Source: Mobula hypostoma
Lineage: Eukaryota
Direction of reading: 5' to 3'
Assembly (NCBI RefSeq): GCF_963921235.1
Contig: NC_086097.1
Span: 78,742,001-78,806,000 of the forward strand
DNA length: 64,000 bases
Position numbers and translations under genes: made by a program. Positions 48,055 through 61,139 of the stretch are shown here, in pieces. The stretch's first letter is position 1, and the number at the start of each line of letters is the position of its first letter. Under the pieces are notes generated by a model, which did no database searches, was not told the DNA's origin, and worked only from the letters and a program-made list of their open reading frames with translations.

Positions 48055-50045
48055 ATAGAAACATAGAAACATAGAAAATAGGTGCAGGAGTAGGCCATTC
48101 GGCCCTTCGAGCCTGCACCGCCATTTATTATGATCATGGCTGATCATCCAACTCAGAACCCTGCCCCAGCCTTCCCTCCATATCCCCTGATCCCCGTAGC
48201 CACAAGGGCCATATCTAACTCCATCTTAAATATAGCCAATGAACTGGCCTCAACTGTTTCCTGTGGCAGAGAATTCCACAGATTCACCACTCTCTGTGTG
48301 AAGAAGTTTTTCCTCATCTCGGTCCTAAAAGGCTTCCCCTTTATCCTCAAACTGTGACCCCTCGTTCTGGACTTCCCCAACATCAGGAACAATCTTCCTG
48401 CATCTAGCCTGTCCAATCCCTTTAGGATTTTATACGTTTCAATCAGATCCCCCCTCAATCTTCTAAATTCCAACGAGTACAAGCCCAGTTCATCCAGTAT
48501 TTCTTCATATGAAAGTCCTGCCATCCCAGGAATCAATCTGGTAAACCTTCTTTGTACTCCCTCTATGGCAAGGATGTCTTTCCTCAGATTCGGGGACCAA
48601 AACTGCACACAATACTCCAGGTGTGGTCTCACCAAGGCCTTGTACAACTGCAGTAGTACCTTCCCTGCTCCTGTACTCGAATCCGCTCGCTAGAAATGCC
48701 AGCATACCATTCACCTTTTTCACCGCCTGCTGTACCTGCATGCCCACTTTCAATGACTGGTGTCTAATGACACCTGGGTCTCGTTGCACCTCCCCTTTTC
48801 CTAATCGGCCACCATTCAGATAATAATCTCTTTTCCTATTTTTGCCACTAAAGTGGATAACTTCACATTTATCCACATTAAATTGCTATGAATTTGCCCA
48901 CTCACCCAACTTATCCAAGTCACTCTGCATCCTCTTAGCATCCTCCTCACAGCTAACACTGCCACCCAGCTTCGTGTCATCCGCAAACTTGGAGATGCTG
49001 CATTTAATTCCCTCATCCAAGTCATTAATATATATTGTAAACAACTGGGGTCCCAGCACTGAGCCTTGCGGTACCCCACTAGTCACCGCCTGCCATTTTG
49101 AAAAGGTCCCATTTATTCCCACTCTTTGCTTCCTGTCTGCTAACCAATTCTCTATCCACATCAATACCTTACCCCCAATAACGTGTGCTTTAAGTTTGCA
49201 CACGAATCTCCTGTGTGGGACCTTGTCAACAGCCTTTTGAAAATCCAAATACACCACATCCACTAGTTCTCCCCTATCCACTCTACTAGTTACATCCTCA
49301 AAAAATTCTATGAGAGTCGTCAGACATGATTTTCCTTTCACAAATCCATGCTGACTTTGTCCGATCATTTCACCGCTTTCCAAATGTGCTGTTATCACAT
49401 CTTTGATAACTGACTCCAGCAGTTTCTCCACCACCGACGTTAGGCTAACCGGTCTATAATTCCCCGGTTTCTTTCTCCCTCCTTTTTTAAAAAGTGGGGT
49501 TACATTAGCCACCCTCCAATCCTCAGGAACTAGTCCAGAATCTAATGAGTTTTGAAAAATTATCACTAATGCATCCACTATTTCTTGGGCTACTTCCTTA
49601 AGCACTCTGGGATGCAGACCATCTGGCCCTGGGGATTTATCTGCCTTCAATCCCTTCAATTCACCTAACACCGCTTCCCTACTAACATGTATTTCGCTCA
49701 GTTCCTCCATCTCACTGGACCCTCTGTCCCCTACTATTTCTGGAAGATTATTTATGTCCTCCTTAGTGAAGACAGAACCAAAGTAATTATTCAATTGGTC
49801 TGCCATGTCCTTGCTCCCCATAATCAATTCACCTGTTTCTGTCTGTAGGGGACCTACATTTGTCTTTACCAGTCTTTTCCTTTTTACATATCTATAAAAG
49901 CTTTTACAGTCAGTTTTTATGTTCCCTGCCAGTTTTCTCTCCACATCTTTTTTCCCCTTCCTAATTAAGCCCTTTGTCCTCCTCTGCTGAACTCTGAATT
50001 TCTCCCAGTGCTCAGGTGAGACACTTTTCCTGGCTAATTTGTATG
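48055..50045 (-). mobile_element. 5'-truncated CR1 (RT only), unit 5
   Basis: ORFs 48886-50082, 48505-48876, 48153-48647. Confidence 0.95.
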
Positions 50046-51697
50046 TTCTCGCTTCGCCTGAAGTTCTCATCTCGCCTTGCATTGCCTGAAGCCTTGCCTT
50101 GACTTGGTGGTAATTGTCATCTCATCTCGCCTGCAGTCTTGTCCTGGAGCCACCCTGTACCTAGCACCCTTCCTGTCCATTGCCTCCGTCGGGTAAGCCA
50201 GCCGTCTCGCCGTTACCTGTGGTTGGTTCTGTCCCTTCCTGTCCCATGCCTCCGTCAGGTGGTGCTCCGCGCCCTGCCCAGGAGTACGGCGTCCTGCCCA
50301 GATGAATCGCGCCCTGCCCCGGAGGAGCCTGCCTAGCCTCAAGTCTCAAGTCTCAAGTCTCCTGCCTCCAGCCTCGCCTCGCCTCATCTCCTGCCTCCAG
50401 CCTAGGCTCGCCTCAAGTCTCCAGCCTCCAGCCTCCAGCCTCGCCTCACCTCAACTCTCCTGCCTCCAGCCTCCAGCCTCACCTGGCCTCAAGTCTCCTG
50501 CCTCCAGCCTCGCCTCAAGTCTCCAGCCTCCAGCCTCACATCGCATCAAGCCTCCAGCCTCCAGCCTCACCTCACCTCAAGTCTCCTGCCTCCAGCCTCG
50601 CCTCGCCTGAAGACTTCAGCCTCCTGCCTAGCCTCAAGCCTGAAGACTCCAGCCTCCTGCCTAGCCTCTTGCCAAGCCAAGCCAAGTCTCTAGCCTCTTG
50701 CCAAGCTGAGACAAGCCTCTAGCCTCTAGCCTCTAGCCTCAAGCCTCAAGCCTGAAAACTCAAGCCTCCTGCCTCCTGCCAAGCCTCGCCTCTAGCCTCA
50801 AGCCTGAAGACTCCAGCCTCGCCCTGCCTGCCTTTCAAGCCTCGTGTTTGCCTGGTTCTGGGGTCGGAGCCAGAGGCAACACCCAGGTACTGGGTCCTTG
50901 TTCAGTCTCTGGCTCGGAGTCCATCCTGCCTCCTGCCAAGCCTCGCCTCTAGCCTCAAGCCTGAAGACTCCAGCCTCGTCCTGCCTGCCTGCCAAGTCTC
51001 GCCTCTAGCCTCAGGACTGAAGACTCCAGCCTCGTCCTGCCTGCCTGCCAAGGTTCATCCTTGCCTGGTCCTGGGGTCCGAGCCAGAGGCAAGACCCAGC
51101 TCATGGGTCCTCGTCCAGTCTCTGGCTCAGAGTTCAAGCCCAGGCTCCTAGCTCCCTTGTCCAGTCCTGTACCAGGTTCCTGGTTTTCCTGTCCATGTCC
51201 CTGCCATTGCCCTGTATCCTAGTCCTGTCTCTAGTACTTCAGTGTCTGTGTCTTGCACTTGGGTCTATTCCCAGCCACCGCCCTATGACAGAACGATCCA
51301 GACAACCATGGACCCAGTGACACAGACACTGTTGCTTTCCTCTTGCCACCCGGGGTTCCTTTCTGTTACATACCTTCCCACCCACCCAGGTCGTCCATAT
51401 TCTGGGTACCCTGTTTGGTCGCCAGGAGGCTCCTGTAGAGGGGGGCGTACTGTCATGGTCCGGTCCGTCAAGTCCGTATTGCGGTTCACGGTCCGGTCCA
51501 GCAACCCTTGCTCCAGGATTTCCTATCTACCCTGTTTCTGTTCTTGTAGAGCTAATTGAGGCAGCTGATGCTCTTTGGGGCTGGCTGCATAAATACCTGC
51601 ATAAATAGCGTGGCTGCTGGATTGTTCTTGTCCTTACTCCTCGTAACCTTTGATCTGCCTTTTGTTTCTGCCTTCCCTTGTCTTGCCGGTAACTTTC

Positions 51698-53692
51698 ATA
51701 GAAACATAGAAACATAGAAAATAGGTGCAGGAGTAGGCCATTCAGCCCTTCGAGCCTGCACCGCCATTTATTATGATCATGGCTGATCATCCAACTCAGA
51801 ACCCTGCCCCAGCCTTCCCTCCATACCCACTGATCCCCGTAGCCACAAGGGCCATATCTAACTCCCTCTTAAATATAGCCAATGAACTGGCCTCAACTGT
51901 TTCCTGTGGCAGAGAATTCCACAGATTCACCACTCTCTGTGTGAAGAAGTTTTTCCTCATCTCGGTCCTAAAAGGCTTCCCCTTTATCCTCAAACTGTGA
52001 CCCCTCGTTCTGGACTTCCCCAAAATCGCGAACAATCTTCCTGCATCTAGCCTGTCCAATCCCTTTAGGATTTTATACGTTTCAATCAGATCCCCCCTCA
52101 ATCTTCTAAATTCCAACGAGTACAAGCCCAGTTCATCCAGTCTTTCTTCATATGAAAGTCCTGCAATCCCAGGAATCAATCTGGTGAACCTTCTTTGTAC
52201 TCCCTCTATGGGAAGGATGTCCTTCCTCAGATTAGGGGACCAAAACTGCACACAATACTCCAGGTGTGGTCTCACCAAGGCCTTGTACAACTGCAGTGGT
52301 ACCTCCCTGCTCCTGTACTCGAATCCTCTCGCTATAAATGCCAGCATACCATTCACCTTTTTCACTGCCTGCTGTACCTGCATGCCCACTTTCAATGACT
52401 GGTGTATAATGACACCCAGGTCTCGTTGCACCTCCCTTTTCCTAATCAGCCACCATTCAGATAATAATCTCTTTTCCTATTTTTGCCACCAAAGTGGATT
52501 ACTTCACATTTATCCACATTAAATTGCATCTGCCATGAATTTGCCCACTCACCCAACCTATCCAAGTCACTCTGCATCCTCTTAGCATCCTCCTCACAGC
52601 TAACACTGCCACCCAGCTTCATGTCATCCGCAAACTTGGAGATGCTGCATTTAATTCCGTCATCCAAGTCATTAATATATATTGTAAACAACTGGGGTCC
52701 CAGCACTGTGCCTTGCGGTACCCCACTAGTCACCGCCTGCCATTTTGAAAAGGTCCCGTTTATTCCCACTCTTTGCTTCCTGTCTGCTAACCAATTCTGT
52801 ATCCACATCAATACCTTACCCCCAATAACGTGTGCTTTAAGTTTGCACACTAAGCTCCTGTGTGGGACCTTGTCAACAGCCTTTTGAAAATCCAAATACA
52901 CCACATCCACTAGTTCTCCCCTATCCACTCTACTAGTTACATCCTCAAGAAATTCTATGAGATTCGTCAGACATGATTTTCCTTTCACAAATCCATGCTG
53001 ACTTTGTCAGATGATTTCACCGCTTTCCAAATGTGCTGTTATCACATCTTTGATAACTGACTCCAGCAGTTTCCCCACCACCGACGTTAGGCTAACCGGT
53101 CTATAATTCCCCGGTTTCTTTCTCCCTGCTTTTTTAAAAAGTGGGGTTACATTAGCCACCCTCCAATCCTCAGGAACTAGTCCAGAATCTAATGAGTTTT
53201 GAAAAATTATCACTAATGCATCCACTATTTCTTGGGCTACTTCCTTAAGCACTCTGGGATGCAGACCATCTGGCCCTGGGGATTTATCTGCCTTCAATCC
53301 CTTCAATTCACCTAACACCGCTTCCCTACTAACATGTATTTCGCTCAGTTCCTCCATCTCACTGGACCCTCTGTCCCCTACTATTTCTGGAAGATTATTT
53401 ATGTCCTCCTTAGTGAAGACAGAACCAAAGTAATTATTCAATTGGTCTGCCATGTCCTTGCTCCCCATAATCAATTCACCTGTTTCTGTCTGTAGGGGAC
53501 CTACATTTGTCTTTACCAGTCTTTTCCTTTTTACATATCTATAAAAGCTTTTACAGTCAGTTTTTATGTTCCCTGCCAGTTTTCTCTCCACATCTTTTTT
53601 CCCCTTCCTAATTAAGCCCTTTGTCCTCCTCTGCTGAACTCTGAATTTCTCCCAGTGCTCAGGTGAGACACTTTTCCTGGCTAATTTGTATG
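51698..53692 (-). mobile_element. 5'-truncated CR1 (RT only), unit 6
   Basis: ORFs 53007-53729, 52446-52988, 51796-52431. Confidence 0.95.
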
Positions 53693-55234
53693 TTCTCGCT
53701 TCGCCTGAAGTTCTCATCTCGCCTTGCATTGCCTGAAGCCTTGCCTTGACTTGGTGGTAATTCTCATCTCGTCCCGCCTGCAGTCTTGTCCTGGAGCCAC
53801 CCTGTACCTAGCACCCTTCCTGTCCATTGCCTCCGTCGGGTAAGCCAGCCGTCTCGCCATTACCTGTGGTTGGTTCTGTCCCTTCCTGTCCCATGCCTCT
53901 GTCAGGTGGTGATCCGCGCCCTGCCCAGGAGTACGGCGTCCTGCCCAGGTGAACCGCGCCCTGCCCCGGAGGAGCCTGCCTAGCCTCAAGCCTCGTCTCA
54001 AGTCTCCTGCCTGCAGCCTCGCCTCGCCTCAAGTCTCCTGCCTCCAGCCTCGCCTCACCTCAAGTCTCCAGCCTCCAGCCTCGCCTCACCTCACCTCAAC
54101 TCTCCTGCCTCCAGCTTCCAGCCTCACCTGGCCTCAAGTCTCCTGCCTCCAGCCTCGCCTCAAGCCTCCAGCCTCCAAACTCACATCGCATCAAGCCTCC
54201 AGCCTCCAGCCTCACCTCGCCTCAAGTCTCCTGCCTCCAGCCTCGCCTCGCCTGAAGACTTCAGCCTCCTGCCTAGCCTCAAGCCTGAAGACTCCAGCCT
54301 CCTGCCTAGCCTCTTGCCAAGCCAAGCCAAGTCTCTAGCCTCTTGCCAAGCTGAGACAAGCCTCTAGCCTCTAGCCTCTAGCCTCAAGCCTCAAGCCTGA
54401 AAACTCAACCCTCCTGCTTCCTGCCAAGTCTCGCCTCTCGCCTCAGGCCTGAAGACTCCAGCTTCGTCCTGCCTGCCTGCCAAGCCTCATCCTTGCCTGG
54501 TTCTGGGGTCCAAGCCAGAGGCAAGACCCAGCTACTGGGTCCTTGTCCGGTCTCTGGCTCAGAGTTCAAGCCCAGGCTCCTAGCTCCCTTGTCCAGTCCT
54601 GTTCCAGGTTCCTGGTTTTCCTGTCCATGTCCTTGCCATCGCCCTGTATCCTAGTCCTGTCCCTAGTACTTCAGTGTCTGTGTCTTGTACTTGGGTCCTT
54701 TCCCAGTCACCGCCCTATGACAGTTATAGCATTACGCTAACCGCTACGGTACAATGCTACCCTCTTTTCCTTTGTTCTCTAGCTGACAGTTTCTTTGCGA
54801 ACTTTAATTTCTTCCTTTGGACCTGTATTGCCCTTCATAAGAAGTTTTTTTTAATAATGCAGCAATGTCATTTTTACATAGTTTTTTTTGCAAGGAGATT
54901 GCAAGGTACAGCGCGTAAAGTATATAATAGGATAATGTAAACCTATAATCTGAAGGAACAGAACATCTACCTGGGAGTCCACATCTCACACAACCTTTCA
55001 TGGTCCCAGAACATATCCTTTGCAGTCAGGAAAGCCCACCGATATCTCTACTCTCTGAAGAGAGCTGGACTTTGCATATTAATACTCTCGACCTCCTACA
55101 AATGCCAAGTTGAAAGCATCCTAACACTGTATGGCATGGAAACTGCACTGCTAATGGACAGGACGGCCCAACATCAGGTAGTTAAGACCACCCAATGCAT
55201 AACCAACACCAGCCTAATGGTCATCAAGGACAAA

Positions 55235-55804
55235 CACTCAGTGGCCACTTTATTAGATACGCCTGTACATCTGCCCGTTAATGCAAATATCTAATCAGCT
55301 TATCACATGGCAACAACCTAATGCATAAAATCATACAGATATGGTCAAGAGCTTCATTTGTTGTTCAGATCAAATGTCAGAATGGGGGGAAAATATGATT
55401 CCACTGACTTTGACAATGCAATGATTGTTGGAGACAGACGGGGTGGTTTCAGTATCTCAGAAATTGCTGAACTGCTGGGATTTCCACACACAACAGTCTC
55501 TGGAGTTTGCAGCGAATGCTGCAAAAAACACAGATACATCCAGTGAGCGGCAGTTCTGTTGGTAAAAATGCCTTGTTAACGAGAGAAATCAGAGGAGAAT
55601 GGACAGACCGGTTGAAGCTGACACAAAGTTGACAGCAACTCAAGTAACCGCATATTACAATTGTAGTATGCAGAAGAGCATTTCTGAACACACAACACAT
55701 CATATCTTGAAGTGGATGGGCCACAGCAGCAGAAGATGACAAACATACACTCAATGGCCTCTTGATTGGGTACAGAAAGTATTTAATAAAGTGGCCACTG
55801 AGTA
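55235..55804 (+). mobile_element. Tc1-like derivative (duplicate of 28826-29395)
   Basis: Same TIRs and HTH remnant. Confidence 0.85.
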
Positions 55805-57240
55805 TATGTAAGCCAATTTTACATATGTATGGCCACATTCAAACAGTAACTTCTATGTTTATTGGACTGTTTTTTATTTATATCTATTGAGTTCATTATT
55901 TATGCTGCATTGGTTCCAGAATAACAATCATTTTGTTCTCCTTTACACTCTTATACTGAAGAATGACAATAAACAACTTTGAATTTTGAAATGGGCAATC
56001 GACATTTCAGGTCAAGACCCTTTTTCAGGAATAGGTCTTGATGAAGCATCTCAATTGTCCATTTCACTCCATAGATGCCGCCTGGCCTGCTGAAATCTGG
56101 GAATTCAAGAGAATTTCATGTAAATATTTAAACAATTATCATTACCATCACTTACCCTAATCTCTCATGGATGAAGTATCGGTATACCAAGTTAATTGGC
56201 TGTGAACGCAAAGGAGAAAGGTGAAATACTCCAGCTGTACCCTGATACTATTTTACTATAAGTAGGTAATAATTTTAATCGACATGAGACATTTCAAAAA
56301 ATCGCAATTGTGGGTGGTATATATTAACAAATTTGCTCATTGTGATAAAATTTCAAACTATCATATATGTAATAATGCATTAATATTTCTGCTTTTGTGT
56401 GAGTATGGTACAGATTGAGTTGTTGAAATGCTTATGTTTATATTAGCTATATGATCATTATCCTCAGAACTATGTGTGTAAATGTTGTGCACATATTTTC
56501 TGCCACGGTTCCTACTTTATATCACCGACTACACTTCAAGAGCACTCCATTGCCTAGGGTCAAGGAGGACACATTGTAAATTGAGTTCTATCTTTTCATC
56601 TAGTGTGCTGCTGTAATCATAACAATATTAAGTGCTCTGCTATCATGGGGGTTAAACCACATAATCCTTGGAAGCATGCACAGCAATTGCAGTGCTTGAT
56701 TAAGCATGGTCATTTGTCTGCAACCTGCTCGAGAAAATGGTTTCACCATTCAGCTAGCACCATCTGCAGTGCTCTTTCACTGAACCACCTCGAACTGTTT
56801 TAAGCTAGTCTGTATTTCAAGGGCATGAGTACCGTAGCTGTGGCCATGGCTGCAGTATATATTAGAGGCACCACAACAACTTCACATTTTAGAATACTGC
56901 ACTCGAGATCTTGAAGAGTAATTTGAGTGGACAAAAGGTATTCTATATTGTCGGGGGCGGGGCAGAAAGCCCTTTAGTTGCACTCTCAGAAGGTAATGGG
57001 AGAAGATAGCTTTCATTATCAGTAGTTAAGGACCTAGATTGAGTTCCAGAGTAAGTCTAATGACCTGAGAAGGATGGTCATGGGCATAGTAAATTTTGCA
57101 GGGAACCGAAAGGTCAGTTGTAAACCCTTCTGCAAATATTCAGAAAGAAAAAGGTTGGTGGTCAAATATAGGTCCATTGTCAATGATGGGGGAATTTCAC
57201 AATGGAGAATAGTAAAGTAGCAGAGCAATTGAACAAATAT

Positions 57241-58629
57241 TAGAAACATAGAAAACCTACAGCACAATACAGCCCCTTCGGCTCACAAAGTTGTGCTGAA
57301 CATGTCCCTGCCTTACAAATTACTAGGGTTACCCATAGCCCTCTATTTTTCTAAGCTCCATGTACCTATCCAAAAGTCTCTTAAAAGACCCTATTGTATC
57401 CGCCTCCACCAGCATTGCCGGCAGCCCATTCCATACACTCACCACTCTCTGAGTGAAAAACTTACCCCTGACATCTCCTCTGTACCTACTCCCCAGCACC
57501 TTAAACCTGTGCCCTCTTGTGGCAGCCATTTCAGCCCTGGGAAAAAGCCTCTGACTATCCACATGATCAAAGCCTCTCATCATCTTATACACCTCTATCA
57601 GATCATCTCTCATCCTCCGTTGCTCCAAGGAGAAAAGGCCAAATTAACTCAAACTGTTTTCATAAGGCATGCTCCCCAATCCTGGCAACAAATTTGAAGG
57701 CTAGAGGAGAAAATGGCACCACGACGCAGTTCGCAGCAGCCACTCCAGTGGTGATGTCTGTAATTTGTCAAGTAGGGTTCCGTGCACAATCCTGATTTGA
57801 TGGAGACAGATGTGAGAGCATGGAGGAACATCTGGTGAAACTTCTGAAATGCCTGCTTTGCTGCTGTTGCTACTGTGTGGTCCAGAATCTCTGGAGGAGA
57901 AGGCCCCGAGTCCTCGGCTTTGCTTGTTGCTCGGCGGTCAGGTCGGGGTTGAAGCACTCGGCAGAGGATGTTGCTCGGAGAGGCTGTGTCGGAGGGGTTG
58001 GTCGGAGGCTCGAAGTTTTCGGACGGACTCAGAGTCGACTGCAGTCGGGTGCTTCCAATGGTGCTGCATGGGCAAGTTGGCGGCACTTGGAGGTTCATGG
58101 CAGGGAGAGTTTCTCCCTTCTGCCGTCTGCATGAGATGATGAGTCTATCGGGACTCTGAGACTTTTTTTTACTGTGCCCGTGGTCTGCTCTTTATCAAAT
58201 TATGGTATTGCTTTGCATGGTTGTAACTATATGTTATAATTATGTGATTTTGTCAGTTTTAGTCTTGGTTTGTGCTGTGTTTTCTTATGATATCGTTCTG
58301 GAGGAATGTAGTATCAGTTTTTAATGCATGCATTTATAAATGACAATGTGAGGACTGAGTGTCCTCATAATCTAATGTAACCTAATCCTTGTAAATCTCC
58401 TCTGCACCCTTTCTATGGTTTCCACATCCTTCCTGTAGTGAGGCGACCAGAACTAAGCACAGTACTCCAAGTGGGCTCTGACCAGGGTCCTATATAGCTG
58501 CAACATTACCTCTCGGCTCCTAAATTCAATTCCACGATTGATGAAGGCCAATACACCGGATGCCTTTTTAACCACAGAGTCAACCTACGCAGCTGCATTG
58601 AGTGTCCTATGGACTCGGACCCCAAGATG
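57241..58629 (-). mobile_element. CR1 3' fragment with nested insertion (duplicate of 30790-32178)
   Basis: ORF 57329-57628 (RDDLIEVYKMMRG); nested insert at ~57691-58385. Confidence 0.8.
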
Positions 58630-59449
58630 CCTTGTCTTCACAGAAGAGAAGACAAGTAATGTTGCAAGACAATCAACAATCTGATGAATGTGAGCAACTT
58701 AAGGAAATCAATACTGGTAAGAAAATAGCACTGGAGAAACTAATGTGTATAAGATTGGATTGGTGGTTGGAGGGAGGAGATGGTAGTGGAGGGATTTTGT
58801 TCAGACTGGAGGCCCGTGACCAGTGGGGTGCCCGAGAGATCAGTGCTCGGCCTTCTGGAGTTTGTCATATAAATTAATGATTTGTATGAAAATGTAGGTG
58901 GTCTGGTTAAAAAGTCTATGGATGACATCAACATTGGTTGTGCACTGGACAGTGAAGAAGAGCTGCAACAGAAACTAGATCAACTGAGGAAGCGAGCAAA
59001 GGAACGACAGAAGGAATTTAGACAAGTGTAAAGTGATGCACTTTCCAACAATTTACACACAGGAATGGCAGGGCATGTTGTTGACTGAGGCAGCTAGGGG
59101 TACAAGTACATAGTTCCCCAGAAGGGCCAACACAGTCGACAAGGTGGTGACAAAAGCAAGTGCCATGGCAAAGTCATTGAGTACAAGAGATGGGATACCA
59201 TGTTACAGTTGTGCAAAATGTTGGTTAGGCCAGACTTGGGAAAATTGCATGAGCTTTGCTTGTCATACTACAGGATAGATGTGATTAAGCTAGAGAGAGT
59301 GCTGCCTGGATTGGAGGTCAAGTTCGAAGGAGAGGTTGTATAAACTGGGTGAGGAGGCTGTGAGGTGATATGATAGAGCTGTATAAAATTGGGAGAACCA
59401 TATTTTTTTCTATGGATACATCTATGGATAGGTTGATAGATCACCAGAG

Positions 59450-59835
59450 CAACACACACATACAATGCTGCAGGAACTCAGCAAGTCAGGCAGCATCTAT
59501 AGAAGTGAATAAATAGTTGGCATTTTTGCCGAGACCCTTCTTCAGTACTCAGAAGATGGAAGATGCCAGAATAAAAAGGTGGGGGGAGAAGAAAGAGGCT
59601 ATCTCGAGGGTGATAGGTGAAGCCAGGTTGGTGGGAAAGGTCAAGGGCTGGTGAAGAAGGAATCTGATGGGAGAGGAGAGTGGACTATAGGAGAAAGGGA
59701 AGGTGGAGGGGAAGTAATAGGCAGGTGAGAAGTAAAAGGTTAGAGTGGTGAATAAAGGAAGGACGGAGAAATTTGTTTACCAGAAAGAGAAATCGATATT
59801 CATGCCACCTGCTTGGAGGTTACCCAGATAGAACA
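59450..59835 (-). mobile_element. Old Penelope 3' fragment nested in a decayed CR1
   Basis: Similar to 10420-10870 (GAGACCCTTC, purine-rich tract, end of GIY-YIG frame GGMNIDF). Confidence 0.7.
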
Positions 59836-61139
59836 GTCTGGTTCTCATTGTAGTCATGTCTAAAATTAGTGGGCATAGGTTTAAGGTGAGATAGAGGAGG
59901 TTTGAAGGGGACCATAGGGGTTAAATTTTGCATAAAGAACAGTTGGTATCTGGAATGAGATGCCTGTGGTGGTGGTGGTGGAGGCAGGAACGCAGACAGT
60001 ATTTATGAAGCATCTGAAAAGCATTTGAATGATGTTTGACTTTAGAAACATGCAGTAAATGAACTGCCCATGACTAACATATCATCTAGAGCTCTTTAGC
60101 AGCATTCACGATTTGAATATTGCTTTAACATCAAAGGCATTCATTTAGATCTCTCCCCTTTTTCTTATCATTGGACTGAGATCCGGATGGTGGAACCTTT
60201 TGGTATTTAGTTGTGTGATCGCAAAGCGATGCTCATTGCTATGGAGCATAATTCATTTGTTATAACTCCTTACCATGTAATGAGCAATGAATGTGAGTGG
60301 AAATTAGTATTCACAACAGTTTAAAGATAAGAAAGCAATCATAATGATATCACTATAACCAAAATGGTAGCAGAATAAAAATGATAGGATGCCTTATGTC
60401 TGATATGGTACTGAAAAAAATGGAAGAACTCATGGATTAATAAATATGGCTGATTCACTATTGTTAACAGTGAGCTCATCAAGCTAAATTAGTCGTACTT
60501 GTTCCCTATCCTTTTTCCATCCATTATTTCACAACCATAATCATGGACTTTCGAGTATCCATAGTAACATTTGTTGGATGAATTTGATTAAGTGTCATTA
60601 TTCACATCATTTCAGAACTGAACACGATAGAAATTTTGAAGGTTGTTACCTCAAGTGCAAGATCAAATCTAATTGTAAATGGAAAAACATGTTCAAAGCA
60701 TGTGCTTTGTAACATTTGGCATGCTGTGCAGTTTTATTGTCTAATTATACAAGATATTGACAGAATGAGCTTTAATTTAGCAAAATGATTGATATTAATT
60801 TAGTCCAAAGCTTACAAGTCAGTCAAGATTAAAAAAAGTCAAAGACAGAATTTAAGTTTGTGCATTTTGAATCTAAAGGAAGAACTACTTTGCAATTAAA
60901 AATATTTTTTGAGCAAAATAACCTTGTTTAACATGATATTGTTCTTTTTGTTCATGAGACTACCTAATATATTAGAGGAATAGGAATGTTCCAACCTGTT
61001 GAGAGACTGGGGACTTTGTACAACATGATAACTCAACATGGTGTAACAGCCAAAAGGCCATCTAACACCAGTCTACTGGATCCAACATTATCCAGAGAAA
61101 ATCATCCCCCAACAAGCACTCGAGATTGGAAGCTACAAG

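Larger units (their letters stand above)
32403..54722 (+). repeat. Tandem array of six [internal region + CR1-interrupted LTR] units after a partial LTR
   Basis: LTR starts at 33054, 37224, 40764, 44371, 47808, 51451 (periods 4170, 3540, 3607, 3437, 3643 bp); internal regions 32893-33053, 37064-37223, 40604-40763, 44211-44370, 47648-47807, 51291-51450; last LTR ends TATGACA at 54722. Confidence 0.95.
54723..59157 (+). repeat. Segmental duplicate, copy B (probably the native right flank)
   Basis: Begins GTTAT (TSD variant); retains the segments missing from copy A; its old CR1 continues without a break past 59157. Confidence 0.93.

Noticed and set aside
33600..52887. Repeated plus-strand ORFs such as MPPKWITSHLSTLNC
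   Set aside because: Antisense shadows of the CR1 RT frame.
26067..54338. Many Ser/Pro/Ala/Leu-rich ORFs and their Arg/Gly/Glu-rich antisense ORFs
   Set aside because: Translations of the LTR minisatellite; frames are not conserved between copies.
25679..54722. CRISPR-like or retron-like system (repeats, hairpins and RT)
   Set aside because: Vertebrate context; the RT is CR1 ORF2; no unique spacers between constant repeats and no cas or effector genes.
32403..54722. Array as an assembly artefact
   Set aside because: Units differ by several percent with structured, position-dependent shared variants; read-level confirmation is still advisable.
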